Program-made: the position numbers and the translations under genes
The notes under the pieces: generated by a model
Database searches by the model: none
Told to the model about the DNA's origin: nothing
The model's input: only the letters and a program-made list of their open reading frames with translations
Shown here: positions 9,345 through 18,334 of the stretch, piece after piece
Layout of the letters: the number at the start of each line of letters is the position of its first letter
Position numbering within the stretch: position 1 is the first letter of the stretch
NCBI GenBank assembly: GCA_963737655.1
Contig: CAVTTN010000002.1
Location: forward strand, 2,304,001-2,368,000
Source: an uncultured Planctomycetota bacterium
GTDB taxonomy: Bacteria > Planctomycetota > Planctomycetia > Isosphaerales > Isosphaeraceae
Reading direction: 5' to 3'
DNA: 64,000 bases

Positions 9345-12300
9345 TCAGGGGTTCCGGGCCGGGGCGGTGGTCTTCGAGGTCGCGAGGCTCTTCTTGAACG
9401 CCTCGAACCGCGAGCGGTACTCGGCAGGGGCGACCGAGCGGTTGCCCTCGGCGTCTCCGGCCAGGTTGTCCTGGGCGGAGGAGCCGGGGCCTCTCTCGGC
9501 GCGTCCCCGGACGGTGTTTTGACGGATCGGGTCGGCGATCTTGCGGTTCGGGTCCATCGCCTTGGACTTGCCGAGCTGGCCCTCCAGCTCTCGGCCCTGG
9601 CCGACGGGGGGCTGGGCGGGCTTTTCGAACTTCCTGATGAACTGCTCCATCTCCTGGCGAGACATGCCGGTCTCGGCCTCCAGGGCCTTGGTATCCTTGT
9701 CGCTCTTGAGGAGGTCCTGGAGGCGGCGGAGGACCAGGTCGGTCTGAGGAGCGCCCTTGGGGGCGGGGGAATCGCCGGAATCCTTCGGCTCGGGTCCCTG
9801 GGGCTTGCGTTCGTCGGTGGGGGTCTCGGGCTTGGTGAGGTCCTCGCCGGTGCCGCCCTGTCGGCCCCCTCCGCCGTTGGAGGCGCGGTCGCCGGGGCCT
9901 CCGGGTTCCTGCCCCTCGCCGGGAGGGCCGTTCGGGCTGCCCTCGCCCTGGCCCGACTTCTGCCCACCGGATTGGCCGCCGGACTTCTGGCCGCCGGACT
10001 TCTGGCCGCCCGACTCGCCCGATTTCTGGCCCCCGCTCATCGACGGGTTGCCCTCGCCCGGCTTGCCCGAGGGCTGTCCGCCCTGAGATCCCTGTTCGCC
10101 GGACTTGCCGCCCTGGCCTCCTTGCTCACCTTGCTTGCCGCCCTGGCCTCCTTGCTCTCCCTGCTTGCCGCCCTGAGCGCCCTGTTCACCTTGTTTTCCG
10201 CCCTGAGCACCCTGCTCACCTGGCTTGCCTCCCTGGCCGCCCTGTTCGCCAGGCTTGCCGCCCTGGGCGCCTTGCTCACCTTGCTTACCGCCCTGGGCGC
10301 CTTGTTCGCCTTGCTTACCGCCCTGGGCGCCAGGCTTACCGCCCTGTTCGCCGGGCTTTCCACCCTGCTCGCCGGGCTTGCCGCCTTGCTCGCCGGGCTT
10401 TCCACCCTGCGCACCCTGCTCGCCCTGTTTTCCGCCTTGAGCACCTTGCTCGCCGGGCTTTCCGCCCTGGGACTCGTTGGCGCCCTTGCCGGCCTGACCC
10501 TGGCCTCCTTGCTTGGAGCCCATGCTGTCGTCGGACTGGGGCTTTCCGCCCTGGGCGCCTTGCTCGCCGGGTTTGCCCGCTTGGGGTTCGCCCTGGCCTC
10601 CCTGGGGCTTGGCGTCGGACGGCTTTCCGCCCTGAGCCTGGTCGTTGCCTTGAGGCTTCCCGCCCTGGGGCTGGCCCGGCTCGGCCTGCTTGCCTCCCTG
10701 AGCCTGGTCGGTCATCTTCCCGCCCTGGGGCGGTTGATCGGCCGGCTTTCCGCCCTGGGGCTGGCCTTCCTTCGAGTTGGGAGCCTGATCGGTCGGCTTC
10801 CCACCTTGCGGGGCGTCCGAGGGCTTGCCGGACGGGTCGTTGCTGTCGCCGTTCTGGGGTTTGCCACCCTGGGGCTGTCCGGCGTTGGGCTTGCCGGCTT
10901 GCGGCTGGGGCTCGCCGGGCTTGCCGGCCTGCGGGGCCTGATCGCCGCCGGATTTCGGGTTCGCGTCCGACGGCTTGCCGCCGTTGGGGGCCTGGTCGCC
11001 GGGCTTCCCGGCCTGGGGATTGCCGGGCCCTTGAGGCTTGTTGTCGTTGGGCTTGCCGGCCTGGGGGTTCTGGTCGCCGGGCTTTCCGGCTTGCGGCTGG
11101 CCGTTGCCCTTCTCGGGGTTGGGTTCGCCCGGCTTGCCGGCGTTGGGCTGACCGGCGTTGGGCTTTCCGGCCTGGGGCTGGTTGTCCATCCCGGGCTTGC
11201 CGGCCTGCGGGTTCGGCTCCCCGGCGTTGGGCTTGCCGGCCTGCGGCTGGCCGTCGGACCCCTTGGCGGGCTGGGGTTCGCCGGGCTTGCCGCCCTGGGC
11301 GTTGGGTTCGCCGGGCTTGCCTTCCTTGTCCTGAGTCTTGCCGGCCTGGGTCTGGTCTCCGGGCTTGCCGGCCTGGGTCTGGCCGTCGCCGTCCTTGCCG
11401 GGCTGAGGCTGACCGGCGGCGTTTTTCGGCTCGCCGGACTTGCCGCCCTGGGGTTGATTGTCCATGGAAGGCTTGCCCGAATGGGCCTGATCGCCGGGCT
11501 GGGTGCCGGGCTTCTGGCCGTTTTCCTTGCCGCCTTGCTGGGTCTCGTCGCCGTTCTTGGCGTCTTCGAGCTGATTTCCCGCGTTATCTTGCTGCTTGAC
11601 CGGCCCGCCGGGCTGCGAATTCGGGTCGTTCGCCTTGCCGGCCTTGGATTGCTGGTCGCCGGGCTGGCCGGCGTTCTTGGGCTTGCCGCCCCGGGCGGTG
11701 GGGTCGCCCTCCTGAGGCTGGCCGGGCTTGCGATCCTGGGGCTTCGCGGCGTTGGGGTCGTTGGGCTTGCCGCCCTGAGGCTGGCCGTCGGCGGGATCGT
11801 GGCCCTGAGTCTTGTCATTCAGCTCGGGCTTGTTCGCGCCGCCGGGATCGCCGGGCTGGCCGTTGCCCTTCTCGGGGTTGGTTTGGGGCTTGCCGGCGTT
11901 GGGGTCTCCGGGCTTGCCGGCCTGGGGGTTCTGATCGCCGGGCTTGCCGGCTTGCGGCTGGCCGTTGCCCTTCTCGGCGTTGGGTTCGCCGGGCTTGCCG
12001 GCGTTGGGCTGACCGGCGTTGGGCTGACCGGCGTTGGGCTTTCCGGCCTGGGGCTGGTTGTCCATCCCGGGCTTGCCGGCCTGCGGGTTCGGCTCCCCGG
12101 CGTTGGGCTTGCCGGCCTGCGGCTGGTTCTCGGTCCCCTTGGCGTTCGGGCGGTCGGCCGATTTGCCGGCCTGGGGCTTCTGGTCGCCGGGCTTGCCGCC
12201 CTGGGCGTTGGGTTCGCCGGCCCTGGCGCCGGATTGGTCCTTGCCGGCCTGAGACTTCCCGGCGTTCGGGGCCCCGCCTTCCGGCTTGCCGGCGGCGTTC

Positions 12301-14882
12301 TTCGGCTCGTTCGGCTTGCCGGCGGGGGCCTGGTCCTTCATCTCGGGCTTGCCGGCCTGCTTCGGGTCGGCCCCGGCCCCGGCCCCGGTTTTCCCCGATT
12401 CGCCCGGCTTCCCGCCCTGGGGGGTCTGTTCCGCGTTCTGGGGCTGGTCCGACTGCGGCTTCTGATCGCCGTTCTGGGGCTTGCCGGCTTCCGGGGTCGG
12501 CTGTCCACCCTGAGGCTTCGCCGACTGAGGGCTTTGTTCGCCATTCTGGGGCTTGCCGCCGTCTTGCGGCTTGCCGGCTTGCGGCGGCTGGCCGCCGTTC
12601 TGCGGACCCGATGGCGGCGCGGGGTCGCCGGGCTTGCCGGCTTGCGGCGGCTGGCCGCCGTTCTGGGGCTTGCCGGCCTGGGGGTTTTGCTCGTCGGGCT
12701 TGCCGCCGGGCGGTTGGGGTTGGGTCCGGTCGCCCCGGGCGACTTGCGGGTTCGAGTTCCCGTTGCTTTCGGAGGCGTCGGGGCTGGCGTTCGGCGAGTT
12801 GCCTTCCTTCTGCCCCTGCGCCGTCTTGGAATTCTCGCCCGGGTTGTTCTGGGGCGAGTTCCCCTGATTCGCGTTGTTCTTCGCGTTCTGCCGGGCGTTC
12901 TGGTCGGCGGCGGGGGAACCCTTGGGCTGGGCATTGGGCGGGGTGTTGCCCGAATTGCCCGGGTTGCCGTCCTGGGGCGGCGGGTTCCTCTTCTGGATGG
13001 CCTTTTCCAACTGAGCGAGCTTCTTCATCTCCTCGGGGGTGAGGTCTCGCTCGGGCTGGTTGCCGTTCTGGGGGGCGGCGTTGGGGTCGTCCTTGTCGCC
13101 GGGGTTGTTCTTGGCGTCACCGTTCTTGTCGGTGTCCTTCGGCTGGTCCTCGCCGCCTTCCTTGCCGGGCCTGGGGGCCTGGTCGGCCGGGTCGTCCGGG
13201 TTGGCCTCGCCGGGGTTGGGCTTGTTCTCCTGGTCGGCCTCCGACGGCGGGGGTTCCTGGGCCTTGTTCTGCTCCTCGATCTTTTCGAGCTCTTTCGGCG
13301 AGGCCGGGGCGGTCACCTCGATGATCTGGCGGACCTCGATCCGGTTGGATTGCGGCTGCTTGGTGTCCCGGACGGACAGCCAGTACTCGATCTTCGTCCC
13401 GGGCCGGGCCTTGATCGCGGCGAGGTCCAGGACGTCGTCGGCGGAGAGCTCGCGGGCCGGCGGCTTGCCTTCGAGGTAGTCCTTGGCCGGGCGGAGGACT
13501 TCCTTGCCCTCGCGGACGTGGAGCATGGCCTCCTTCACGCCGAAGTCGTCGGCCGCCTTGATCTTGAGGGCGACCTTGCCGTTGCTCGGCACCTTGATCT
13601 CGGGCCGGTCGGGCCGGACGAACGACGCCGTCGGCGGGTGGTCCTTCAGCGCCTTGACGTCGTGGAGGACCGGGTTGGGGTTCTCCTGGCCGCCGGTGGT
13701 GAGGAACTTGATCTTGTACTGGCCGCCGACGGTCACGGCGAACTTGCCGACCAGGCCGTGGGCGTCGGGATCGACGTCCATCTCCACCTTCGCCGCCTTG
13801 TCCCAGTCGGGCTTGCCGTCCTTGGTGGTCGCGGCGGTCAGGATCAGCCAGGCGGAGTCGGCCGGCTCGTTGGTCCGGGCGCGGACCGTGACGATCGTCC
13901 CTTCCAGCGCCTCGACGTTCCCCCCCTCGATCCCCGGGCGACGGGGCGTCTCGGTATACGGGGGGAAGTCCAGGTCATGCTGGACCGAGGTGACCATCGG
14001 CGCGGGGAGGACCGTGAGCCGATAGGTCTTCGAGACGGCGTCCCCGGCCGTCAGGTAGTAGTCCCAGGTCTGCTGGACGTCGGGCAGCTTGATCGACCAC
14101 GGGTCGTAATCGTTCCGGCCGCGCTCCAGGGGCTTGGTCAGGTAGGTCTGGCCGCCGTCGGCCGAATAGTGGAGCGCGACCTCGTTGGGCCGGGCCCCCT
14201 GGACCTCCGCCGAGAACGTGACCTTGGCCCCGGCCACGACCTTGGCGAGCTTCGGGTCGTCGCCGGGCTTGATGTTCACCAACCGCGTGTTCGTCGGCCG
14301 GGCCACGTCGGAGAGGAACGCGCGCTTCACCGAGTCGAGGATCGGCCGGGGCGTGAACAGCGAATAGAGGCAGAACGCCACGACGATGCCCGACAGGGCG
14401 TAGAACGTCTGCGCCAGCCTCTTCTGGTTGACGACCGTATCGACCTCGACCTTGGCCAGGTCGTCGACGGCCTTCGCCTCGACGGCCGCCATGAACGTCC
14501 GGGGCATCTCGTCGCGATGCCTCCGCAGTTCGAGGTAGTTGATCAGGCTGTTCTTGAACGCCGGGTCGGCTTCCTCGATGGTCCTCGCCGCGTACAGCCC
14601 GTTGACCTTGCGGAGCATGGGCAGGGCGATCCGGAGCGTCGAGAAGGTGACCGCCGTGGCCGCCCCGAACAGCAGGACGACCTGCCGGACGAACAGCGGG
14701 AGCCCGAAGACGTGGTCCAGGACCACTTCCAGGAACAGGATGCCGATGGCCGAGGCCAGCAGCAAGACGCTGGCCGTCAGGACGTCGGTCATCTTGATCT
14801 TGGCCCGGGTCAGCCCGATCTGGTGGTCGATGAACTGCTCATAATCGAGCAGCTTCCCTTGCGGTCTGGTGCCCAAGGCCAT
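9345..14882 (-). CDS. Giant membrane-anchored protein (~1,845 aa): N-terminal TM and beta-rich region (DUF4175-like), then >1,000 aa of Gly/Gln/Lys/Pro repeats and a short helical C-terminus
   Basis: AGGGAG RBS before MALGTRPQ; three hydrophobic segments; DDFGV motif; dozens of QAGKP/QGGKP units; C-terminal VAPAEYRSRFEAFKKSL. Confidence 0.85.
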   Translation of the reverse strand: MALGTRPQGKLLDYEQFIDHQIGLTRAKIKMTDVLTASVLLLASAIGILFLEVVLDHVFGLPLFVRQVVLLFGAATAVTFSTLRIALPMLRKVNGLYAARTIEEADPAFKNSLINYLELRRHRDEMPRTFMAAVEAKAVDDLAKVEVDTVVNQKRLAQTFYALSGIVVAFCLYSLFTPRPILDSVKRAFLSDVARPTNTRLVNIKPGDDPKLAKVVAGAKVTFSAEVQGARPNEVALHYSADGGQTYLTKPLERGRNDYDPWSIKLPDVQQTWDYYLTAGDAVSKTYRLTVLPAPMVTSVQHDLDFPPYTETPRRPGIEGGNVEALEGTIVTVRARTNEPADSAWLILTAATTKDGKPDWDKAAKVEMDVDPDAHGLVGKFAVTVGGQYKIKFLTTGGQENPNPVLHDVKALKDHPPTASFVRPDRPEIKVPSNGKVALKIKAADDFGVKEAMLHVREGKEVLRPAKDYLEGKPPARELSADDVLDLAAIKARPGTKIEYWLSVRDTKQPQSNRIEVRQIIEVTAPASPKELEKIEEQNKAQEPPPSEADQENKPNPGEANPDDPADQAPRPGKEGGEDQPKDTDKNGDAKNNPGDKDDPNAAPQNGNQPERDLTPEEMKKLAQLEKAIQKRNPPPQDGNPGNSGNTPPNAQPKGSPAADQNARQNAKNNANQGNSPQNNPGENSKTAQGQKEGNSPNASPDASESNGNSNPQVARGDRTQPQPPGGKPDEQNPQAGKPQNGGQPPQAGKPGDPAPPSGPQNGGQPPQAGKPQDGGKPQNGEQSPQSAKPQGGQPTPEAGKPQNGDQKPQSDQPQNAEQTPQGGKPGESGKTGAGAGADPKQAGKPEMKDQAPAGKPNEPKNAAGKPEGGAPNAGKSQAGKDQSGARAGEPNAQGGKPGDQKPQAGKSADRPNAKGTENQPQAGKPNAGEPNPQAGKPGMDNQPQAGKPNAGQPNAGQPNAGKPGEPNAEKGNGQPQAGKPGDQNPQAGKPGDPNAGKPQTNPEKGNGQPGDPGGANKPELNDKTQGHDPADGQPQGGKPNDPNAAKPQDRKPGQPQEGDPTARGGKPKNAGQPGDQQSKAGKANDPNSQPGGPVKQQDNAGNQLEDAKNGDETQQGGKENGQKPGTQPGDQAHSGKPSMDNQPQGGKSGEPKNAAGQPQPGKDGDGQTQAGKPGDQTQAGKTQDKEGKPGEPNAQGGKPGEPQPAKGSDGQPQAGKPNAGEPNPQAGKPGMDNQPQAGKPNAGQPNAGKPGEPNPEKGNGQPQAGKPGDQNPQAGKPNDNKPQGPGNPQAGKPGDQAPNGGKPSDANPKSGGDQAPQAGKPGEPQPQAGKPNAGQPQGGKPQNGDSNDPSGKPSDAPQGGKPTDQAPNSKEGQPQGGKPADQPPQGGKMTDQAQGGKQAEPGQPQGGKPQGNDQAQGGKPSDAKPQGGQGEPQAGKPGEQGAQGGKPQSDDSMGSKQGGQGQAGKGANESQGGKPGEQGAQGGKQGEQGAQGGKPGEQGGKPGEQGGKPGEQGGKPGAQGGKQGEQGAQGGKQGEQGAQGGKPGEQGGQGGKPGEQGAQGGKQGEQGAQGGKQGEQGGQGGKQGEQGGQGGKSGEQGSQGGQPSGKPGEGNPSMSGGQKSGESGGQKSGGQKSGGQSGGQKSGQGEGSPNGPPGEGQEPGGPGDRASNGGGGRQGGTGEDLTKPETPTDERKPQGPEPKDSGDSPAPKGAPQTDLVLRRLQDLLKSDKDTKALEAETGMSRQEMEQFIRKFEKPAQPPVGQGRELEGQLGKSKAMDPNRKIADPIRQNTVRGRAERGPGSSAQDNLAGDAEGNRSVAPAEYRSRFEAFKKSLATSKTTAPARNP

Positions 14883-15012
14883 GGCGCGGACTCCCTGGCT
14901 GGCCGGCGAGCCATCCACTCAATGACGTCTCGATTATATCCGCCCCGACCCGGCGGGGGAAACGCCCCTGCGACGAATGTCCGAAATCGGCCCGGTGACC
15001 CCGAGAATGCGG

Positions 15013-15051
15013 CCGGGTGCCATCCTTACGCGGACGTAAGCATGCCACCCG
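15013..15051. repeat. Degenerate family E palindrome
   Basis: CCGGGTGCATCCTTACG-CGGA-CGTAAGCATGCCACCCGG resembles the copies at 55229 and 61589. Confidence 0.6.
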
Positions 15052-15070
15052 GCCGCGATCCGATCCCCCT

Positions 15071-16228
15071 CTAAACCGCGCCGGCCGTCGCCTTCTGGCC
15101 GATCAGGACGGCTTGAGCGGCCACGAGTGCCCGGCCGGGCTCGACGTCGAAGCCGAGGTCGGCGAGGATCATCTCCAGGGCGGCGAGGCCGGAAATCACG
15201 TCCAGCTCATCCATGTAGCCCATGTGGCCCACCCTCACGATCTTGCCCTTCAGCTTGTCCTGGCCGCCGACGGTGGTGATCCCGAAGCGGTCGAACAGCT
15301 TGCCGCGGATCTCCGAGTCCTTCAGCCCCTCGGGCACGCGGAACGCCGTGAGCCCCTCGGCCGGCCGGGCGCTGAAAAGCTCCAGCCCCAGGGCCTGGAT
15401 GCCCGCCTGGCACGCTTCGGACATGATCTTGTGCCGCTTCCAGACGTTCTCGATCCCTTCCTCGTTGATCCTCTTGAGCGAGGCGCGCAGGGCGAGGATC
15501 AGGGTGTGGGCCGGGGTGTACGGCGTGTCGAACTCGGCCATCTTCTTGCGGGCGGACTTCAGGTTGAAGTAGAACGCCGGGGCGTCGAACGCGTCGATCT
15601 TCTTCCATGCCTTCGGACTCACGGCGACGAACGCCAGCCCCGGCGGGAGCATCAGGGCCTTCTGCGACCCGACGCACAGCAGGTCGATCCCCCATTCGTC
15701 GGTCCGGCACTCCATCGCGCCGACGCCCGAGATCCCATCGACGGCGAACACCGCGTCGGTCTCGGCGACGATCTTGCCGATCGCCTCGACGGGGTGGCCG
15801 GTCCCGGTGGAGGTCTCGCTGAGCGTGCCCATCACGCAAGTCGTGTCGGGGTGGGCCTTCAGGGCGTTGGCCACCCGCTCGGGATCGACGGGTTGGCCCC
15901 ACTCGAAATCGACCATCTCGGCGTGGATGCCATACGCGGCGCAGATCTTGGACCACCTCAGGGCGAACCACCCGGCGTTCAGGACCAGCGCCTTGCCCCC
16001 CTTCGGCACGGCGTTGACCGCGGCGGCCTCCATCGCGCCGGTGCCGGAGGCGGTGAGGATCAACACGTCGTTCTTCGTCTGGAAGACCGTCTTGAGCCCG
16101 GCGATCGAATCGACGATCACCTGCTTCGCCTCGGCCGATCGGTGGTGGATGACCGGCCGGGCCAGCTCCAGCAGGACGTCCTCGGGGACCGGGGCAGGCC
16201 CCGGGGTCATCAGGCGAGGCTTCTTCAT
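15071..16228 (-). CDS. Class V PLP-dependent aminotransferase (serine-pyruvate / alanine-glyoxylate type)
   Basis: LMTPGP, SGTGAMEAA, SETSTG, VDGISG, GSQKALMLPPGL (PLP lysine), RVGHMG. Confidence 0.93.
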   Translation of the reverse strand: MKKPRLMTPGPAPVPEDVLLELARPVIHHRSAEAKQVIVDSIAGLKTVFQTKNDVLILTASGTGAMEAAAVNAVPKGGKALVLNAGWFALRWSKICAAYGIHAEMVDFEWGQPVDPERVANALKAHPDTTCVMGTLSETSTGTGHPVEAIGKIVAETDAVFAVDGISGVGAMECRTDEWGIDLLCVGSQKALMLPPGLAFVAVSPKAWKKIDAFDAPAFYFNLKSARKKMAEFDTPYTPAHTLILALRASLKRINEEGIENVWKRHKIMSEACQAGIQALGLELFSARPAEGLTAFRVPEGLKDSEIRGKLFDRFGITTVGGQDKLKGKIVRVGHMGYMDELDVISGLAALEMILADLGFDVEPGRALVAAQAVLIGQKATAGAV

Positions 16229-16302
16229 CGCAGGCAATCTCCGATCGTAAGTCGGGCCCATCCTTGCAGCAGATCACAGCCCGAGGGAACACTCTGGTTT
16301 CC

Positions 16303-16359
16303 GTAGGGCAGGCCCTGGCCTGCCGTCTCCGCGGGTCGGCAGGCCGAGGCCTGCCCTAC
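16303..16359. repeat. REPIN-like doublet, family B
   Basis: GTAGGGCAGGCCCTGGCCTGCC-spacer-GGCAGGCCGAGGCCTGCCCTAC. Confidence 0.9.
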
Positions 16360-16486
16360 AATCCATGTGCGACCCATTCGTGACCCGCTGGTGAGTCGAA
16401 CCCATAGTCTAATCCCCAAGTTGTGATTCGGGGAGGGGACTCGGCGTCCGGCCGTCTCCGGCGATTCCTCGACGAGGGACCGACGC

Positions 16487-16882
16487 TCAGCCCTTCCGGT
16501 ACACGTCCTCGGGCCGAAACACCGGCTCTCCCTGGACTTCCAGCCCGCCGGAGCTATCGACCCGCCGGAAGAAGCACGACCGATACCCCTCGTGACACGC
16601 CCCGCCGACCTGATGGGCCCGGATCAGCAGGACATCGCCGTCACAGTCCACCCGGATCTCCTCAACGTGCTGGACGTGCCCCGAAGTCCCTCCCTTGTGC
16701 CACGACGATCGCCGAGACCGGGAATAAAAGTGGGTCTGGGCCGTCTCGACCGTCTTCAACACGGCCGGACGATCCATCCACGCCATCATCAGGACTTCGC
16801 CCGAACGGGAGTCCTGGACGATCGCCGGGATCAGTCCGTCCGCAGTCCATTTCAAAGCATCGAGGAAGGCGGGATCGGTCAT
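16487..16882 (-). CDS. hisI: Phosphoribosyl-AMP cyclohydrolase
   Basis: GLIPAIVQD, YSRSR, WHKGGTSGH, DCDGD, ACHEGYRSCF. Confidence 0.95.
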   Translation of the reverse strand: MTDPAFLDALKWTADGLIPAIVQDSRSGEVLMMAWMDRPAVLKTVETAQTHFYSRSRRSSWHKGGTSGHVQHVEEIRVDCDGDVLLIRAHQVGGACHEGYRSCFFRRVDSSGGLEVQGEPVFRPEDVYRKG

Positions 16883-16954
16883 CGCGTCGATTTCCTGGGC
16901 CGGGCTGGAGGGAGGGGCGGCGATGCGACGTCGAGACGCCCAGGGATCGCCCGA

Positions 16955-18280
16955 TCATGGCCCCACCCCTCGCCTTCGGGCGATTTCGGCGGCGAATTTC
17001 GAGGCCATTTCCTCGTCGCTGAGGACTCGCGATGACCATTCGGCCGCCGACAGGTCGGGTTCGGGGAGCGTCTCGGGGTCGAGCTTCGCCAGGTCCGCCA
17101 GGCCCATCCCGGCGATGTCCTCGGGGTCGATCGTGGACTCGTCCCGGACGGCCAGGCCGAGCCGCCTTCGGAGCCGGTCGAATGGGTAGCCCTGGTAAAG
17201 CGCGACCATCCTCGGCCGCTCGGCCAGCCCCTCGCGGAGGTTCACGACGGCCGTCAGCTTCGCCCGGAGGACCGGGTCCTCGGCCGAAGTCCGGGCCGCC
17301 CCGGCCGGAGACAGCCCGTCGAGGCCTCGCCTGGGGATCGTGATCCAGCGGTCCTCGTAATACGTCTCGATCGCCTGCCGCTCGCGGCCTTCCGACGGCT
17401 CGGCGCCTTCGGGCAGGCGGAAGAGGAAGACGGAGGCGTCGAGCAGGGGCAAGGGCAGGGGGGAGGAACGCTTCTGGAATTCGCCGGTCCCGTGGTGGGT
17501 CAGGACGGCTTCCACCTCTTCCAGGGATCGGCGGTCGGGGCTGGAAAGCCTCAGAAGCTTTGGAGTTGCGATGATCGACGCCACGACTCGGGCCGTCGGG
17601 CCATCGAGCAAGAGGGGGCGGTCGAGCCACTCGCCGACCCGGGCCTCGGTCACCGCCGGTCGGCCGGTGTTGGGATCGGCGGGCGGGGCGATCTCGCGGA
17701 CCGGGGCGAACCGGGAAAGCCAGGCGATCGGCTCGCCCCGATCCGGCGTCCAGGGGAGGGACAGGGAATAGTTCAGGTCGTCGGCGAGGTCTTCGGCCCC
17801 GGCCCCCTGGCGGAGGACCTCGGCCAGGGTCCAGGAGGTCACGGCCGCTTCGGGGAGGGCGACGGCCTCGGCCGAGACGGCGAGGTCCAGCGCCCCGACC
17901 GCCTCCGGGTTCCGGCCCGCCCAGGCCAGGCAGAGGGCGAGGTTGAACAGGGCCGCGCCGTCGGTTTCGTCCTCCATGACGAGGTCGGCGAAGGCGTCTG
18001 CGGCGCGGTCAAGGTCTTGCAGGTCCTTGCCTTCGAACGATTCGGCCCAGCGGTCGCGGGTTGCCTCGTCGGTCGGCGAGCGGAAGCGGTACGGGGCCCG
18101 GGCGGCCAGGGGGAGGTCGGGGGCCGAGGCGAGGACGTCCAGGGCTTCCCTGGCGGCCTGGTCCCCCGGGGCCTTCCGCAGGGCCTTCTGCCACGACGCC
18201 CACGCGGCGAGGGGCCTCTGGAGCTGGAGGTGCTCCCAGCCTCGGTGGACCAGGGACAGGGCATCGGCCGTCTCGGGCAT
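16955..18280 (-). CDS. TPR-containing hypothetical protein with a C-terminal W-x5-LDGxSP motif
   Basis: TPR-like ALFNLALCLAWAGRNPEAV; DRWITIPRRGLDGLSP; YPFDRLRRRLGL. Confidence 0.75.
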   Translation of the reverse strand: MPETADALSLVHRGWEHLQLQRPLAAWASWQKALRKAPGDQAAREALDVLASAPDLPLAARAPYRFRSPTDEATRDRWAESFEGKDLQDLDRAADAFADLVMEDETDGAALFNLALCLAWAGRNPEAVGALDLAVSAEAVALPEAAVTSWTLAEVLRQGAGAEDLADDLNYSLSLPWTPDRGEPIAWLSRFAPVREIAPPADPNTGRPAVTEARVGEWLDRPLLLDGPTARVVASIIATPKLLRLSSPDRRSLEEVEAVLTHHGTGEFQKRSSPLPLPLLDASVFLFRLPEGAEPSEGRERQAIETYYEDRWITIPRRGLDGLSPAGAARTSAEDPVLRAKLTAVVNLREGLAERPRMVALYQGYPFDRLRRRLGLAVRDESTIDPEDIAGMGLADLAKLDPETLPEPDLSAAEWSSRVLSDEEMASKFAAEIARRRGVGP

Positions 18281-18334
18281 GGATGGGCCTTCAAGATTCG
18301 GTCGGCTTCGCCGCGAGATCGGGGGTTGCGCCGC

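Noticed and set aside
10070..10470. Collagen triple helix in the GEQGAQ repeats
   Set aside because: The Gly-X-Y register breaks every 7-10 residues at GGK.
9099..15074. 1,991-aa Leu/Gly/Ala-rich plus-strand ORF
   Set aside because: Antisense shadow of the repeat-rich giant gene; its GLAGL repeats are the complement of the AGKP codons.
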